From assembly GCA_052327205.1 (NCBI GenBank), contig CM126223.1:51026001-51090000 (forward strand): a stretch of DNA of 64,000 bases. The letters run 5' to 3'. The DNA comes from Somniosus microcephalus. Taxonomy: Eukaryota. Positions 13,475 to 24,714 of the stretch are shown piece after piece. Below the pieces are notes generated by a model. It was not told the origin of the DNA and searched no databases. It saw nothing but the letters and a program-made list of their open reading frames with translations. The position numbers and the translations under genes are program-made. Position 1 is the stretch's first letter. Each line of letters begins with the position of its first letter.

Positions 13475-13930
13475 ACTTGCATTTATATAGTGCCTTTCAT
13501 GACCTCTGAGCATCCCAAAGCAGTTTACAGCCAATGAAGTATTTTTGAAGTGTAGTCACTGTTGTAATGTAGGAAATGCGGTTGCCAATTGCGCACAGCA
13601 AACTCCCACGAACAGCAAAGTAATAATGACCAGATAATCTTTTTTTTAGGTTATGTTGATTGAGGGATAAATATTGGCCAGGACACCTGGGATAACTCTC
13701 CTGCTCTTCTTCGAAATAGTGCTATGGGATCTTTTACGTCCACCTGAGAGCGCAGATGGGGCCTCAGTTTAACGTCTCATCTGAAAGATGGTACCTCCAG
13801 CAGTGCAGCACTCCTTCAGCACTGCATTGGAGTGTCAGCCTAGATTTTGTACTCAAGTCTCTGGAATGGGACTTGAACCCACAATCTTCTGACTCAGAGG
13901 CAAGAGTGCTGCCCACTGAGCCACGGCTGA
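13475..13930 (-). mobile_element. Deu-domain SINE (SacSINE1-like), near full length
   Basis: Minus strand: A box GTGGCTCAGTGG, B box GGTTCAAGTCC, Deu core CAGATGAGACGTTAAACTGAGGCCCC, tail AAAGGCACTATATAAATGCAAG shared with L2. Confidence 0.85.
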
Positions 13931-13931
13931 C

Positions 13932-14180
13932 ACAACAACAACAACTTGTATTTATATAGCGCCTTTAACGTAGTAAAACCTCCCAAGGCGCTGCACACGA
14001 GTATTTTAAGACAAAAAATTTGACACCAATCCACATAAGGATAAATTAGGGCAGGTGACCAAAAGCTTGGTCAAAGAGGTAGGTTTTAAGGCGTGTCTTA
14101 AAGGAGGAAAGAGAGGTAGCGAGGCAGACAGGTTTCGGCAGGGAATTCCTGAGCTTATGGCCTAGGCAACAGAGGGCACT
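13932..14180 (-). mobile_element. L2 LINE 3' end fragment abutting the SINE head
   Basis: (caa)n tail followed by cttgtatttatatagcgcctttaacg... ; same family as 11924-12150 and 35076-35310. Confidence 0.8.
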
Positions 14181-16730
14181 GCAATTTAGATAGATTTTAC
14201 TACGTAACTAGTGTGATATTGCTTCCACGGCAATATGCTGAAGTATGGTACCCAAAACATTAAAAGAAACATCCTCCATAAATACGTTTATATTCGCAGG
14301 TACATCAATATGGAACTGAAATATCACAACTCTAAAAATTAGACACCTTCTGTGGGGAGGGGAGGTGATCAACTATTTAACTGTATTTTCAAAACAACAT
14401 TTTAAAATAGTGCATAGCATTCCTAACTACAACTATACATGGCATAAAAATAAAATATCGTCCACACATTCTATTCAGCCAGCCATCTTTGTCATCACCC
14501 CCCACCTCCAAATTCTTGAATCATGTTAGTGGTAGAGAGTTATTTGCAGTTAAAGACTTTCAAACTGATTCTGATACAGGATAAATGTTACGCTGTCAAG
14601 TCCGAGCCAATAATTTTTCATTTGCATTCACACTTGTTCGTGTTGTGTGATTCTTCCTCGCCACTTCAATTCAACATTTCCAGAGGGAAAGTGCAAGCTG
14701 AATCTTGTATAGTTTAAATAAAGGCCAGCAGGTCTAAAATTTACAAGTTAGCACCTATTAGACAACACACCATCATATACAATAATATTATGTGAAAACA
14801 GATCCTGCAAACTTGCAGTGTGCTACACTTCACCTTCATTCCAAGTGTCTTATTTTAAAAGTGAATTGGTGTCATTTACATGAGTATTGTTAACGCGTTT
14901 TTAAGAATATACAAGGCTGCACTTCAAGCACGTATTACTGTAATGACGATCTGTTTACCCCCAAATCCTTCCTTTAGTTTGAAGCAGCGATGGAAAATTC
15001 TACTCATCAGCCACTGAAAAACAAAGCAAATCACTAGTTTGCAAGTAAGAGTTTTACCAAGTCATTCCAATGCATTTTTTAAATCTTTCTCTGCTTTGTT
15101 TCATCTGACCATTTATGTTCTAAAGTAGCTCTTCATTACAATACTGTTCAGTCCAGTTTTCCATACTGTTCAGTCCAGTGTTCATACCAAAAGTGTACAA
15201 TTTATAGTCTTATTTCAGGCAACTCGTATATAAGACGGCCTCCCGCTATTTTCACCCTTTTAAACATTTTTCAAAAAAACTTATATGACCTGCATGTAAG
15301 GCAAAGGTCCAAATTACAACGATACCATAGGGCCTACCTCTCGCAGCCTACCTTCAAACAACAGATTACAGATCTTCAAATAGTTGACCATATTTATAAT
15401 GATATCAAGGAGCTGCAACAAAATTGCCTCTTGACCTAAACTTTATGTCCTTAACATCTGAGGCTGACACTAGAATTGCCCTTCCAGCTCCCAGCGTGCC
15501 ATTCACCCCCTCTAATATATAGATATGCTTAAAATTCTAACTTTGCATCACTATCTTCACTTACAAGTCGCTTTGCTGGAAGAATGATTACTATTCTGAA
15601 GATTAATTAAAATAATTTAATTCCAGACTCCCCCTCCCCAATTGTATTGGTGTTTAGTGGTGACAGCATATGGAACAGTCAGCACACATTAAAATCAAAT
15701 CTCCCACTTTGGAAGAACAAGCAGTCAGTCACCGTCGCTCCCCAGAGAGTGGGAAATTTGATTTTAATGCGTGCTGACTTCTTCACGCACTGCCACCACT
15801 GTACACCTACACAATCAAAAACAAGAAGCTGGGAAACAAATAACTTTAATTAATCAATTATTAGAACTGAAACAAGTTCTTCTATTTCAGCAAGTGGCTT
15901 CCAAGTTTAAAAAAAACATGTAATGCAAAGTTAGATAGCATTTTAAACATACTAGTACATTGTGGAGAGGGAGACTGGTAGACTAGGAGCCTGAGAGAGA
16001 GACAAGCAGGAGATCAGGAGCTGGGAAAATAAATAGTGGAAGATCAGTGTTGGTGAGAGCAAAGTGGTGCTGGTGAGTCCTGAACAGACAGGATAGTGGG
16101 ACCCGGCAGGTGAGCTGGCTCCTCTAAAGTAAGCCACAGTACCACCCAGCACAATGATTCACATGTAAGATGACCCCTTATCCCCACCACTTTCAATCCC
16201 CAGTGACCCTAAATTTCCCCAGAAGATTATTTTCTATTGGCAAAATTTCAAGCAGTGGTTTTCAGGCAAGTCAAATGTTAATTTGTGAATTTAGTAAGGT
16301 TTTATAAAAATCAAATATATTTTTCTTTTTCCCAGTTAAAAAAAAAATACAACTTTGCTCACCACGCACACACCTCCTCAAAAAAACTGTGATACAATCA
16401 AGATTGTGGTCAGGAGGAGATGCTTGAACTTGAGCTATTAAAAACTTTTATAACCATCAAGCATAGAACCAACTGATCTAGAATCCTACTATGAGAATTA
16501 TCACCAGTACGCTTTTATCGACACCAAACATCGCACCACCACACACCTACGCCGTGAATATGCAGTCTCCAGAGAATACATCCACTGTACCAGCAAAGAC
16601 ATGCTGATCCAGGCCAACTTGAACAACCTACCACCAACCCGTCTCAAATCTAGGTCATTTTGGGCCGTCGCTGAAGTCCTTCAGCGATCTCCCCTCAGCC
16701 TTGATGACTGATGGCAAAATGCTTGGAAGA

Positions 16731-18315
16731 AGAAAACACTTAAAAAAAATATCAACGGGATTAGACAAAGTCAACATGGATTTATGAAAGGGAAATCGTG
16801 TTTGACAAACCTACTAGAGCTTTTTGAGGATGTAACTGGTAGAATAGATAAGGGAGAACCAGTGGATGTGGTGTATTTGGATTTTCAGAAGGCCTTTGAT
16901 AAAGTCCCACTGTGATGAAATATTCCATTCATCACTGCCTGTGACTGTGGTTGGTTTCAGGTTTCAGTTCCCTTACCTCAGTTCCGTCTCCTCACCATTG
17001 TATTGTATATTGTAATGTATTGTGTGTAGGGCTCCGCCCATACCTGGCCCCTATGTAAGCAAGCTCAGTCTGGCCTCATATCCAGTACTGCAGACCTCCA
17101 GATGGAAGATACCTCTCGCCACTGCGTGTTACCTTCTAAGTTAATAAAAGCCTTGTTTTGTTTCGCTAACATCGAGTCTCGGAATTATTGAGGCACATCA
17201 CCCACATAAGAGGTTAGTGTGCAAAATTAAAGCACATGGGAATGGGGGTAATATACTGGCATGGATTGAAAATTGGTTAACAGACAAGAAAGAGAGAGTA
17301 GGAATAAATGGGTCTTTTTCGGGGTGGCAGGCGGTGACTAGTTGGGTAGGGATCAGTGCTTGGGCCCCAGCTATTCACAATATATGTCAATGATTTGGAT
17401 GAGGGAACCAAATGTAATATTTCCAAGTTTGCTGACGACACAAAACTAGGTGAGATGCAAAGAGACTTCAAGGTGATTTAGACAAGTTGAGTGAGTGGGC
17501 AAATACATGGCAGATGCAGTATAACCAGGAAAAATGTGAAGTTATCCACTTCCAAAGGAAAAACAGAAAGGCAGAGTCTTATTTAAATGGTGATAGATTG
17601 GGAAATGTTGATGTACAATGGGACCTGGGTGTCCTTGTACACCAGTCACTGAAAGCAAACATGCAGGTGCAGCAAGCAGTTAGGAAGGCAAATGGTATGT
17701 TGGCCTTTATTGCAAGAAGATTTGAGTACAGGAGCAAGGATGTCTTACTACAGTTATACAGGGCCTTGGTGAGACCACACCTGGAGTACTGTGTGCAGTT
17801 TTGGTCTCCTTACCTAAGAAAGGATATACTTGCCATAGAGGGAGTGCAGCGAAGGTTCACCAGCCTGATTCCTGGGATGCAGGACTGTCGTATGAGGAGA
17901 GATTGGGTCGACTAGGCCGGCATTCACTAGAGTTTAGAAGAATGAGAGGGGATCTCATTGAAACGTATAGACAGGGCTAGACAGACTGGATGCAGGGAGG
18001 ATGTTTCCCCTGGATGGGGGCTCTAGAACGAGGGGTCACAGTCAGAGATTTAGGACTGAGATGAGGAGAAATGTCTTCACTCAGAGGGTGGTGAACCTGT
18101 GGAATTCTCTACCACAGAAGGCTGTGGAGGCCAAGTCACTGAATATATTTAAGAAGGAGATAGATAGATTTCTAGACGCAAAAGGCGTCAAGGGGTATGG
18201 GGAGAGAGCGGGAATATGGTATTGAGATAGAGGATCAGCCATGATCATATTGAATGGCGGAGCAGGCTCGAAGGGCCAAATGGCCTACTCCTGCTCCTAT
18301 TTTTCTATGTTTCTA
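16731..18315 (+). mobile_element. CR1 (HER1-type) LINE, 5'-truncated, RT domain to 3' tail
   Basis: [38 protein letters not shown] and LYRALVRPHLEYCVQFWSP (ORF 17487-17915). Tail ggccaaatggcctactcctgctcctat..ttctatg. Confidence 0.93.
16911..17200 (+). mobile_element. Solo LTR (290 bp) inserted in the CR1
   Basis: Starts TG (tgtgatg), ends CA (cacatca), perfect 5-bp TSD CCCAC (16906-16910 / 17201-17205), AATAAA near 17143. The CR1 reading frame (KVPH|KRL) rejoins when it is removed. Confidence 0.85.
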
Positions 18316-18669
18316 GAACTGCGACATATGGAACGGATTCCTTATAGAGGACCTCACAGTATAACCTGAAGGATCAAACCTTCCTCACAAACAGCCATCA
18401 ACCGCCTCAGAACTGGTCATGGTAGATGCTGCTACCTTCTCCATAGATGGAAGATTAAAGCATCCCCATCATGCGACTGTGGAGCTCCTAATCAGACCCT
18501 GGAACACCTCATTGCAAACTGCCCTCAGAGGAAATTCGCAGGCAGCCTACAAGATATCCATGCTGTTACACCGGAAGTTTTGGCCTGGATATCTGACTTA
18601 GAAACTGACATTTTATTTGCTTTACTACTACCATACAAAAGAAGAAGAAGACTGATCTCAAAGTCTTGA

Positions 18670-19115
18670 GAAGAAACTTGACATTATACAGCATGTTATC
18701 AAATCCTCAGGTCATCCACGTAGCTCACATCCAATGAATCAGTTTGGTGTGAAATCTCTTCTACGGGTAAACATGAGAATCAATCTGCGCACAGCAAAAT
18801 CCCACAAACGGCAAATGAGTTCAATGACCAGTTAATCTCTTTTTGATGGGGTTGGTTTAGGGAACAATGTTGGCCAAGACACAGGAGAACTCCCTATTCA
18901 TCAAAAAAGTGCCATGGGATCTTTTACATCCAAATGAATAGACAGGGCCTCCATTTAACATCCCATCTGAGAGACAGCACTTCTGACAAAGCAACACTCC
19001 CTCCGCGCTGCACTGAAGTGTCAGCCTATATTATGTGTTCGAATCCTGAAGCAGCGCTTGAACCCACAACTTCTGACTCAAGGGGCAAGAATGCATCCAA
19101 CTGAGCCAAGCTGAC
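18670..19115 (-). mobile_element. Deu-domain SINE copy
   Basis: gtgccatgggatcttttacatcca..., cttgaacccacaacttctgactca...caactgagcca; homologous to 13475-13930. Confidence 0.8.
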
Positions 19116-19749
19116 AAGTCGGCAACAAAATAGATCTAAAATATTCCCTTCAGCCCCAAGATAATGTTGGTGAATCTGGGTTAAAAACATGGTAGCTTTT
19201 TTTTCCATTTACAATGCAGGCAAATGCTCAGGTTTGAGAAAAAATGTCAATGTTTCATAGTTTCCCCAGTGTAAAGCACATGATTTGACTGATTTGTTGT
19301 TCTCATTCAACCTGAAAAAGAACTAAAACTTTTTTTGCTTCAACACATGCAAATTAAATCAGAAATTTTAACTCCATGCTTAAATATTTATGTTAATGCT
19401 ATGAAGAAATTTAATTATAACAAAGCATACTTTAATCGGCATGCAAATATCTAAAACTGAAGTGCCTATTTACCTATACCCAATGTGTTATTATCTATTC
19501 TAACATCTTAAAGCTTTAAGACATGAAACCATTAGCTTCAATGTATAAAGAGCCTATTTTATAGCATACTGGGCCTTACATTAATTCTTTTTCCAAGGTG
19601 ACAGTACCTCAACAAATCTAAAATATAAATATTATTTATGCCTGTCAGAGGTGAAGGACAACAGTACTAGGGAATGGGACAATTTTTACACTCAGTGACA
19701 GCAATTTGGCAGCATAGACAAAAGAAAATGATAGAAAAAGGAGTAGTGT

Positions 19750-21410
19750 TAAAGGTTAAACTGTATGTCTGCAATGCAAAATGCGAAAAATAAACTGGGG
19801 GGACTGTAAGCAATTATTTCACAGGAAGATTTAGATTTAATAGAATTAACAGAAACTTAACTGTCAGGAATGGAAAATAAACATATTGGGATGTAATATA
19901 TTGGAAAGGATAGAAAAGATAAAAAGGAGTCAGAATGGCAATATTGGTAAGAGAGAGAATACATGCTGTAGAGAGACTGATGTACACAAGAAAGGGGTAC
20001 AGAGTCAGTATGGTTGGAACTCAAATATAAAAAGGGCTCGTTGCATTGGAAGTGTAATACAGACCTCCAAATTGTAGGAAGGAAATGGAAGAGGAAACCT
20101 GCAGTCAGATTAGAGAGATGAGTAAGAATAACAAAATTATCGTTCTGGGAGATTTGAATCAAGTTTAAGATCCAACTAAAACGGAAAAAAGTCAGTGCGA
20201 AAATTAGAACACCAGATTGGAGTAGGGCAGATTATAGAAAATTGAGGAGCAAGCTAGCCAAGGTGTGGTAGAAGGAGAAATTGGCACAATAATTGGCAGA
20301 ATAAGTATACTGTATTAAAAAAGGAAACTACAAGTAATTTTAAGATGCCATGGTTAAATAAAGAGGTTAGAAACCAATTGAAATTGTAAAAGAGGGCCTA
20401 TGAGGGCTAAGATAATGAAAAAACTAAAGGAGAATGAGAGAAAATAATACGTGGTTAAGGGGGAGTTAACGAAAGCCAAGAGAGAGTTTGAGGATTTAAA
20501 AAAAATCAAAATGAACAGTAAACTATTTTACAAGCATTCCAGTAAAAATAGAATCGTTAAACCGAGGTGAGGCCCCACCCCACCAGAGAAGCATATTATC
20601 AATTTGTAGATGATGATCAAAAAAATAGCGAAAGTATTCAATAAGTACTTTGTATCGGTCTTTACTAAAGAAAATGAAAGCAGGCTCAGTGTTGTGGAAG
20701 AAGAGGGAATTGGATGTACAGGTTCACAGGATTAAAGGCAGCAGCTTGGGTTGATAAGGCTATAAAAAAAAGTTAATGGAATCTTAGGTTTTGTTACAAG
20801 TAGAATAGAATGCAAAAGGTAAGCGGTAATGATGAACCTATATAAAACCTCATTAAGACCTAGAGTATAGTGTTCAGTATTGGGTTCCACACTATAGGAA
20901 TGATAGAGGATTCAGAGAGGGTACAGTGCAGATTCATTAGTGATATCTAGTGTAAGAAAATACAAATACAATGAAAGACTTGAAAAGTGGGCCTTTATTC
21001 ATTAGAACAATGCAGATTTCAGGGCAATATGATAAAGGTGTTTAACATTATGAAAGGTTGGAACAGTAGATAGAAGCAAATTGTTTCCAGTAGTTGACGG
21101 GTCAAGAACGAGGGGTCATAGATACGGATTCAATGTAAGCGATTTGGAATAGAGGGTAGGAGAAACCTCTTTACAGAGGGCTGAGGATGGGGAATTCAAT
21201 AGTGATTGAGGCATAAACTACGTCAACATTCAAGATTAGATTAGATAGGTGAATGAAGGAAAAGGGGTCGAAGGGATATGGGATCAGAGTGGGAAATGTG
21301 ATTAGATGTACTTTAGATCTATTTGCTCGTGTGGAGAGTAAACTCAGACACAAACTGTTTGGTCTGGTCTGAATGGCCTGTTTCCATGTTCTAACTTCTA
21401 GGTTTTTCTA
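19750..21410 (+). mobile_element. Ancient, internally deleted CR1 LINE (endonuclease remnant through 3' tail)
   Basis: Degenerate APE N-terminus (..gaattaacagaaacttaactg ~ ITETWL), GDLN, PWLNK, YFVSVFTKE, RP.LEY and tail gaatggcctgtttccatgttcta. Many stops. Confidence 0.7.
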
Positions 21411-22429
21411 TGCACTGATGTACCGACTCTCTTTCGAGATCAGCTTAAAATCTGCCATTTTCTCAAGTTCTCTGTCATTAAGTAAATTCAGCCTTTGCAC
21501 CATTTTGTTGGTTGGTCTGCCAGAATTCTTACAATTGTGGTGGAGCTTCAAATGAGAGCTAAAGCCAAGAGCTTAAAACTAAATTTAACTGCAGAAGAAA
21601 ACTGGAGCAATGTTATTTTTATTCCACTCCTGTTGTTGGGAACCTCCAGTTTTCATTCAACTTTAAATCTGCCATAATATCACTGTTCCAGTGTTCATAT
21701 CTTTGGATCAGTTAAAATAATCCTTTGGGACAAACATTGATCTAAAAGCCCTTTCCCACACACCAACCTTTCAGTTTTTGCTTCTGGGTTTTCCCCATGA
21801 ATAAGCATAGCAACAAAATCAAGGAGCACCTCCACTAAGCTGGAAACAGGTCACAAAGGGTCAAGTTTAAGTTCTTAATCAGCATAAAACCTTCCAGATC
21901 TTAATATGTGTGAGGAGAATTGACTCCCAATGCTAAATCCCAATGGAACTTTACAGAGAAAATAACTTTCATTTCTATAAATTAATCATTAACCTCTTCC
22001 ATTTCTACACTAATACGTACATTCCCCGATTTAAAAGAAACTACAGTATAGCTATATTCACATCTTTTCCCAGGGGAAGGGGGTACAGTGATCAATATGA
22101 TCGACACCTGACATTCAGTGATTCTGACAACGTGCATAATGACAGTGCTAATTAAATGTGCATCAAATGAGTCAAGCACTTGTAAGCCCTTTAAAAAAAG
22201 CTTCCAACATTTGCTTGCATTTACATTATTTTGTGGTAAATCACACATACTGGAACTGTACTTCCCCACCACCCCAAAATGTAACTCTTAAGAGTACAAT
22301 GACAGGAGAACCCTCCTAATTACTATTCTGCATTCATTTTCAAAAGTTCATTACCCAAATAAATCTATTCGATTAAAAATATGAAAAAATTGACATGGCA
22401 ACACACTGAGTGCACCAAAATGCACATTT

Positions 22430-23520
22430 TCTATATTGTATTCATACATAGTACCTCATCACATCTCAAACACTTCACTAGAATGAATTACTTTGAAGTG
22501 CAGTGAATGTTCGAGGGGCCAAGTGGCCTATTTCTGCTCCTATTTCTTATGTTCTATTTCTTATGTTCTTAAATAGACAAACATGGCAACCATTCTGCAC
22601 ATAGCATATTCCAAAAACAGTGTCATCTGTTGAGGGAACACAGGGAAAACTCCCTGCTCTTCGAACAGTGCCATGGCTTCTTCAACATCCATCTGAACCA
22701 CTGGAGCAGTTAGGACAGATCCTCAGTTTAATGTCATCCAAATGGCGGAACCTCTGTCAATATAGTACAGGTTGACTATCCCTTATCCGAAAACCTTGGG
22801 ACCAGCTGTGTTTCAGTTTTCGGAAACTTTCAGATTTCAGAAGGTATTATTTCAGACTGGGAAACTCCTAGCATTCTTTTCACAGGCAGGCTCTGGAAAG
22901 CGTCTCTGTAGCTTAGCAACAGCTTCAGAGATGCTTCCAAGCTACTGGGTCGAGTGTTTACAAGCTGTTGCTGAGCAACAGTGTTTGTTGTCAGATACAG
23001 AGATGAAAACCTTCGTATCTGACAACATTAGCGCTGGTCTATCCGGAAGTTTGGATAGAACGGCAGCATATCGGACGGGCCGCTGTATTGTTGGGTTCAC
23101 TCTCCCGGTACCTCCTTCACACTGCCCGGCTCGGCCTGCAATCTCCTACCCAGGAGGGAACTCTGTGACCCTCTGCCCTGCTCACAGGGAAAGGCAGAGC
23201 TCCCTCAGTCACACTTAACATCGAGAGCGAAGGCCGGCGTGTCGACAATCTGCAGGAATTCTTGTTCTGGGCCCCGGAGGACCACTCCTGTCATGTTTTG
23301 CGCCACTCGGGTCATGTCGTGCGCACGACTTACGCTGAACGAAAAAACTTTCGGTTTTCAGAGGTTTTCGGAAGTTCGGATAAAGGATAGTCTTCCTGTA
23401 CTGTGCTCCCTCAGTACTGCACCGGAGTGTAGTGTGGATTATGTGCTGCGGCACGGCAGTGGGGCTTGAACCCACAACCTACTGATTCAGGGAGAGAGTA
23501 CTACCACCTGTGCCAAGCTC
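22430..23520 (-). mobile_element. Deu-domain SINE interrupted by a CR1 tail (22511-22570) and a Tigger-like transposon
   Basis: SINE sequence is continuous across 22767/23399 (cctctgtcaatatagta | ctgtgctccctcagtactgcac). Head ggcttgaacccacaacc...tgccaagc. Confidence 0.75.
22768..23398. mobile_element. Tc1/mariner pogo/Tigger-like non-autonomous DNA transposon (Tigger4/MER46-like ends)
   Basis: TA TSD on both sides. 24-bp TIR caggttgactatcccttatccgaa / ttcggataaaggatagtcttcctg (21/24). Subterminal ttcgga/tttcgg repeats. Confidence 0.85.
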
Positions 23521-23676
23521 AATTGTTCACCAAATTGTAATACTACAAATGATGGGGAATTCGCTATCTAATTTATAGAGACACTGATTATTCAGACTAT
23601 GTGCCAGTTATTTTCAATGATGACAGAGTATTTAGCAGATTGCCACTGAACATCACAAACAGTCGTAATCTAATGC

Positions 23677-23972
23677 GGAATGTTTCCCCTGGCTGGCATG
23701 TCTAGAACTAGGGGGCATAGTCTCACGATAAGGGACAGGCCATTTAAGACCGAGATGAGGAGGAATTTCTTCACTCAGAGTTGTGAATGTTGAGTCTGAG
23801 TATATTCAAGGCTGAGATAGATAGATTTTTGGATTCTAGGGGAAATCAAGGGATATGGAGATCGGGCAGGAAAGTGGAGTTGAATCGATGATCAACCATG
23901 ATCTTATTGAATGGCGGAACAGGCTCAAGGGGCCAAATGGCCTACTCCTGCTCCTATTTCTTATGTTCTTAT
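23677..23972 (+). mobile_element. CR1 3' fragment
   Basis: MFPLAG.SRTRGHSL; tail ggccaaatggcctactcctgctcctatttcttatg. ggaatgtt is repeated at both ends (possible TSD). Confidence 0.85.
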
Positions 23973-24183
23973 GGAATGTTCTAAATTAATTCTTGTTTTA
24001 ACGAGAACAATGTTGGCAATTTGCTCACATAATGAGGTTATTTGCTCCAGTACACAGACTATGTAGGCTCGGGCTTCCCATGGGAAGACTTACAACAGCC
24101 CAAGAAAAGGGATAGTAGTTAACAGCTTACCCTTATATAGTGTCAGTAGTATAGTAAAACATTCAATGAGGCAGCTCAGACCT

Positions 24184-24690
24184 CATAGAACAGTACAATA
24201 CAGAAGGAGACTATTCGGCCCACTGAGTCTGCGCCGGCTCTTTCAAAGAGCAATCCAGTTAGTTGCACCACCCCGCTCTTTCCCCATATCTCTGCAATTT
24301 TTCTCCAAGTATTTATCCAATTCCCTTTTGAAGGCTACTATTGAATCTGTATCCACCATCCTATCAGGCTGTGCATTCCAAATGGTAATCACTTGTTGCG
24401 TAGATTTTTTCCCTCATGTCGCCTCTGGTTCTTTTGCCAATCACCCTAAACCTGTGCCCTCTCGTTATTGACCCTTCAGCCACTGGAAACAGTTTCTCTT
24501 TATTTACTCTAAACCCTTCATGATTTTAAACACCTCTATCAAATCTCCTCTTAGCCTTCTCTGCTCTAAGGTTTTCTCGTCTATCCACATAACTGTAATT
24601 TACCATTCTCGTAAATCTCTTCTGTATCCTCTCCAAAGCCTTTACGTCCTTCCTAAAGTGTAGTGCCCAGAATTGGACACAACACTCCAC
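24184..24690 (-). mobile_element. CR1 3' fragment
   Basis: ORF 24526-24717 (ECCVQFWALHFRKDVKALERIQKRFTRM); tail catagaa..cagaaggagactattcggccc. Confidence 0.85.
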
Positions 24691-24714
24691 CTTCAAAGAT
24701 TTATGCACATCGAG

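Larger units (their letters stand above)
16480..18650 (+). mobile_element. 5'-truncated Vingi (Ingi/I-group) non-LTR retrotransposon, split by a CR1 insertion
   Basis: Left part translates MRIITSTLLSTP..NIAPPH.LRREYA and PPTRLKSRSFW. Right part translates INRLRTGHGRCCYLLHRWKIKASPSCDCGAPNQTLEHLIANCP (CCHC-type finger). Ends ccatacaaaa(gaa)n. 8-bp TSD ACTGATCT at 16472-16479 and 18651-18658. Confidence 0.8.

Noticed and set aside
15141-15185. Direct repeat atactgttcagtccagt x2 (similarly cttagatacaatcct x2 near 48014-48043)
   Set aside because: Two-unit local slippage duplications with no spacer array; not CRISPR-like.
15200-16200. Possible old pogo-like DNA transposon (ctcgtatataagacgg, catgtaag motifs)
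   Set aside because: No matching TIR pair or TSD could be established.
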